Virus record (IMG/VR): IMGVR_UViG_3300012533_000005
Direction: 5' to 3' (one strand)
Origin: a virus
Taxonomy: Duplodnaviria > Heunggongvirae > Uroviricota > Caudoviricetes
DNA length: 11,150 bases
Of this stretch, positions 9,240-11,150 are shown in pieces (position 1 is the first letter of the stretch; every line of letters starts with the position of its first letter). Position numbers and translations under genes: made by a program. The notes beneath the pieces are model-generated. The model did no database searches, had not been told where the DNA came from, and saw only the letters and a program-made list of their open reading frames with translations.

Positions 9240-9704
9240 ATGGGACACGCAGTATTTATTGACAAAATAGGAAAGATATTCGATGGCGAGTATAACGAAG
9301 CCGTTGAGAATTATGAAATGTACAAAGACTATTCTCAGCAGGGAATAGGTCGTTTTTCTGAAAAGAATGTTTATCTTTTAGATAATGGCGGACAAATAGT
9401 TAAAAGCTTTGGGACAACAAAGTTTAAAACAGGTGGAGTTGTTGATGAAAAGATTGATGTTATTAAGAACTTCATTCTTGGTAAGAAAATAAATAAAGTA
9501 GATTTGGGTGATGATTTTTTTCTTTTAGAATCATCAGTATTGATTTATAAGAGTGAAAATGGTCAGAATCCTTTAATTACAAAAGAAAACAATGTATTTA
9601 CTTTTCATAAGAGTAATTTTTCTTCAAGTGATTATATAAATTCTCTATTAGAAAAATTTAGAGATGTTTGTGTTAAGAATATAATTAAGTTTGAAGTTAA
9701 GTAA
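9240..9704 (+). CDS. Hypothetical protein (154 aa)
   Basis: ORF starts 5 nt after the previous stop on the same strand with consistent codon usage. Its TAA overlaps the next ATG (TAATG). Confidence 0.82.
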   Translation: MGHAVFIDKIGKIFDGEYNEAVENYEMYKDYSQQGIGRFSEKNVYLLDNGGQIVKSFGTTKFKTGGVVDEKIDVIKNFILGKKINKVDLGDDFFLLESSVLIYKSENGQNPLITKENNVFTFHKSNFSSSDYINSLLEKFRDVCVKNIIKFEVK

Positions 9705-9979
9705 TGGGTAGCTCTGTGATACATGATATTCAAATAAAAGGCTCTATTATATACCCTTATAGTGATGAAGAAAAAAAATTGAGTCATTCTAATAATGGTG
9801 CTGTAATTTATAGTGATGCAAAAAGGATACATAAAAACATTAATGATGATGGCGTAGATTCTGAATATTGGTGGTCAAAATATGATGATATTTATAGTGG
9901 TGATAAAATAAAAATACATAGTAAAAATTTTATCATAAATTTATATAGTGATGGTGATTTAATGATTGAAAAAAAATAA
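9704..9979 (+). CDS. Small hypothetical protein (91 aa) with four in-frame YSD/YSG motifs
   Basis: 1-nt TAATG overlap with the upstream gene (consistent with translational coupling) and a 7-nt gap to the next gene. Confidence 0.75.
   Translation: MGSSVIHDIQIKGSIIYPYSDEEKKLSHSNNGAVIYSDAKRIHKNINDDGVDSEYWWSKYDDIYSGDKIKIHSKNFIINLYSDGDLMIEKK
9758..9953 (+). repeat. Four copies of TATAGTG(A/G)TG in the 91-aa ORF
   Basis: Copies start at 9758, 9809, 9893 and 9944, spaced 51/84/51 nt, which gives two pairs offset by 135 nt. All are in frame, encoding YSD/YSG. Confidence 0.6.
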
Positions 9980-9986
9980 TTAATAA

Positions 9987-10676
9987 ATGGAAACAGTTGA
10001 AAAATTAACCGAAGAAATAAATTTACTTCTTGATTTGAGTAAAGATTTATCATTTGATTCTACCGTTATGGAAGATGCGAAGATATTGATTGATGTTAAA
10101 AATAAATCTATTATTGATATTGGTGGAAGTCCAGTTGTAATTGAGGTTAAAGATGCGGGTATTTCAGAACAGCAATTATTAGATAGAATATCGGTTCAAT
10201 TAAAGGCTCTTTATCCATTCAGAAATTCTGAAAAAGCAGGTGCTAAATACAGAACATTAGATAGAATCTTCAAATTAAAATCAGGTGTTACGTTTGATGA
10301 TTTTAAAGCTAAAGGAAATAAATTCTTTTATGGAGGTATGCTGAGTGCTTATGTAAACTTCGTTTTATCAAGCCTACCGAAAACTAATCAATTCTTTTAT
10401 TTAAGAGAAACCCAAGATGATGTTCTTTTGAAATATACAACACCTGATAATTCGGTTTTATATCAAGTTTTGTTGCCAAATAACAACGTCGCTTACGGAT
10501 TAGCGTATCCGCTTGATAAAAATACCATAATTGATTTTTATCAGGATGAAGAATTAACACAAAGTCTTAACCTAACATATTCATTTTCAGCAAGTAACAG
10601 CGAAGAAGTGTTTAATAATGAGTATAATGAGATGATGAAGTTGTTACAGGATGTTGAAAAGAAATATTATATGTAA
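9987..10676 (+). CDS. Hypothetical protein (229 aa)
   Basis: ORF with an A-rich leader (TAATTAATAAATG), same strand and codon style as its neighbours. No recognisable motif. Confidence 0.85.
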   Translation: METVEKLTEEINLLLDLSKDLSFDSTVMEDAKILIDVKNKSIIDIGGSPVVIEVKDAGISEQQLLDRISVQLKALYPFRNSEKAGAKYRTLDRIFKLKSGVTFDDFKAKGNKFFYGGMLSAYVNFVLSSLPKTNQFFYLRETQDDVLLKYTTPDNSVLYQVLLPNNNVAYGLAYPLDKNTIIDFYQDEELTQSLNLTYSFSASNSEEVFNNEYNEMMKLLQDVEKKYYM

Positions 10677-10678
10677 TC

Positions 10679-10705
10679 TTGATTAATTAATTTTGATTAT
10701 ATTTG
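10679..10705 (+). promoter_or_regulatory. Candidate Bacteroidota-type primary-sigma promoter (-7 element TATATTTG, possible -33 TTG)
   Basis: TATATTTG at 10698-10705 matches the TAnnTTTG consensus and lies in the only sizeable intergenic gap (65 nt), 36 nt before the ATG at 10742. TTG at 10679-10681 gives a 16-nt spacer, shorter than usual. Confidence 0.6.
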
Positions 10706-10741
10706 TAAAATAGAGTGTAAATTAATAAACTAAAACATAAA

Positions 10742-11149
10742 ATGGAAGCTAAAATTAAAGAATTAAAGCAGGTAATTTCTGATACAGAGGAATCGTTAAA
10801 AGACCCTTCAATCAGTTCTGATGCTGAATTAGTAACTTTGCTTAATGACGAGTTAGCAAAAGCTAAAAAAGAGCTTGAGGCTTTAGAGGCGGAAGCATCA
10901 AAGGCTATTGAGGAAGCTGAAGCAAAAGTTAAAGAAGCCGAAACTAAAGAAGAAAAAAAGGAAGCAAAAGAAGAACTTGCTGATGCTAAGAAAGATGCAA
11001 AAGAAGTAGAGAAGGTTTCTGATAAAATCGAAAAGGTTGAGGATAAGGTTGAAAAAGCTGAAAAAAAAGCTAAAGCTCATGGTAGAGCAGGTAGAGATCA
11101 AAGTCGTAAGCCATCGTCTATTCCAAAAATGCCTAAAGAAAAAGGAATA
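10742..11149 (+). CDS. Ala/Glu/Lys-rich coiled-coil protein, hypothetical (partial, runs off the 3' end)
   Basis: ATG at 10742 after an A-rich leader (TAAACTAAAACATAAA), open to the window end: MEAKIKELKQVISDTEESLKDPSISSDAELVTLLNDELAKAKKELEALEAEASKAIEEAEAKVKEAETKEEKKEAKEELADAKKDAKEVEKVSDKIEKVEDKVEKAEKKAKAHGRAGRDQSRKPSSIPKMPKEKGI. It is not in the supplied ORF track. Confidence 0.88.
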   Translation, partial: MEAKIKELKQVISDTEESLKDPSISSDAELVTLLNDELAKAKKELEALEAEASKAIEEAEAKVKEAETKEEKKEAKEELADAKKDAKEVEKVSDKIEKVEDKVEKAEKKAKAHGRAGRDQSRKPSSIPKMPKEKGI

Positions 11150-11150
11150 C

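Larger units (their letters stand above)
1..11150 (+). mobile_element. Probable segment of a large phage (or other large mobile element) with a Bacteroidota host
   Basis: Inference from the DarB-like giant helicase, the run of unidirectional hypothetical genes with -1 to 14 nt gaps, the lack of housekeeping genes, SD-less A-rich leaders and the TAnnTTTG element. There is no capsid, terminase or integrase hallmark in this window. Confidence 0.55.

Noticed and set aside
9421-9441. KFKTGGVV as a possible recurring 'F/YxxGGxV' phage protein motif
   Set aside because: Single short occurrence. Other GG dipeptides in the window do not share a convincing context, and I cannot tie it to a defined family.
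9632-9832. 66-aa minus-strand ORF
   Set aside because: Overlaps two translationally coupled + strand genes; shadow ORF.
9100-10900. Shared terminal helical hairpin (620-aa C-terminus, 229-aa N-terminus, last ORF N-terminus) as a common packaging signal
   Set aside because: Only generic amphipathic heptad character, with no residue-level similarity between the three.
10898-11101. 67-aa minus-strand F-rich ORF
   Set aside because: Reverse complement of the A/E/K-rich + strand gene starting at 10742, which is the real CDS.
1-11150. CRISPR array, tRNA/rRNA, IS element, intrinsic terminator
   Set aside because: No regularly spaced repeat-spacer units, no intergenic room for structured RNA genes, no transposase motifs, and no GC-rich hairpin plus U-tract in any gap.

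Overview
This is an AT-rich window (roughly 25-28% GC by eye) with seven tightly packed genes, all on the + strand; the first and last are cut by the window edges. The main gene is a 2392-aa superfamily-2 helicase/ATPase. It carries the motif set of the DarB-like / SNF2-related giant proteins of phages and conjugative elements (LLAHEVGFGKT, VDEIHNF, SATP, VLIGS..IKEGINLQ, QLEGRIWRQGN), but I see no adenine-methyltransferase motifs in its ~970-aa N-terminus. Five proteins of unknown function follow it. No Shine-Dalgarno sequences are visible, and a TAnnTTTG element sits in the only sizeable intergenic gap. Both point to a Bacteroidota host, and the gene organisation suggests a large phage or other mobile element (inference). 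The strongest unexplained signal is near-total avoidance of GATC (one site found by manual scan in 11.15 kb), achieved through visible synonymous codon switching. I found no rRNA, tRNA, CRISPR array, transposase or integrase.
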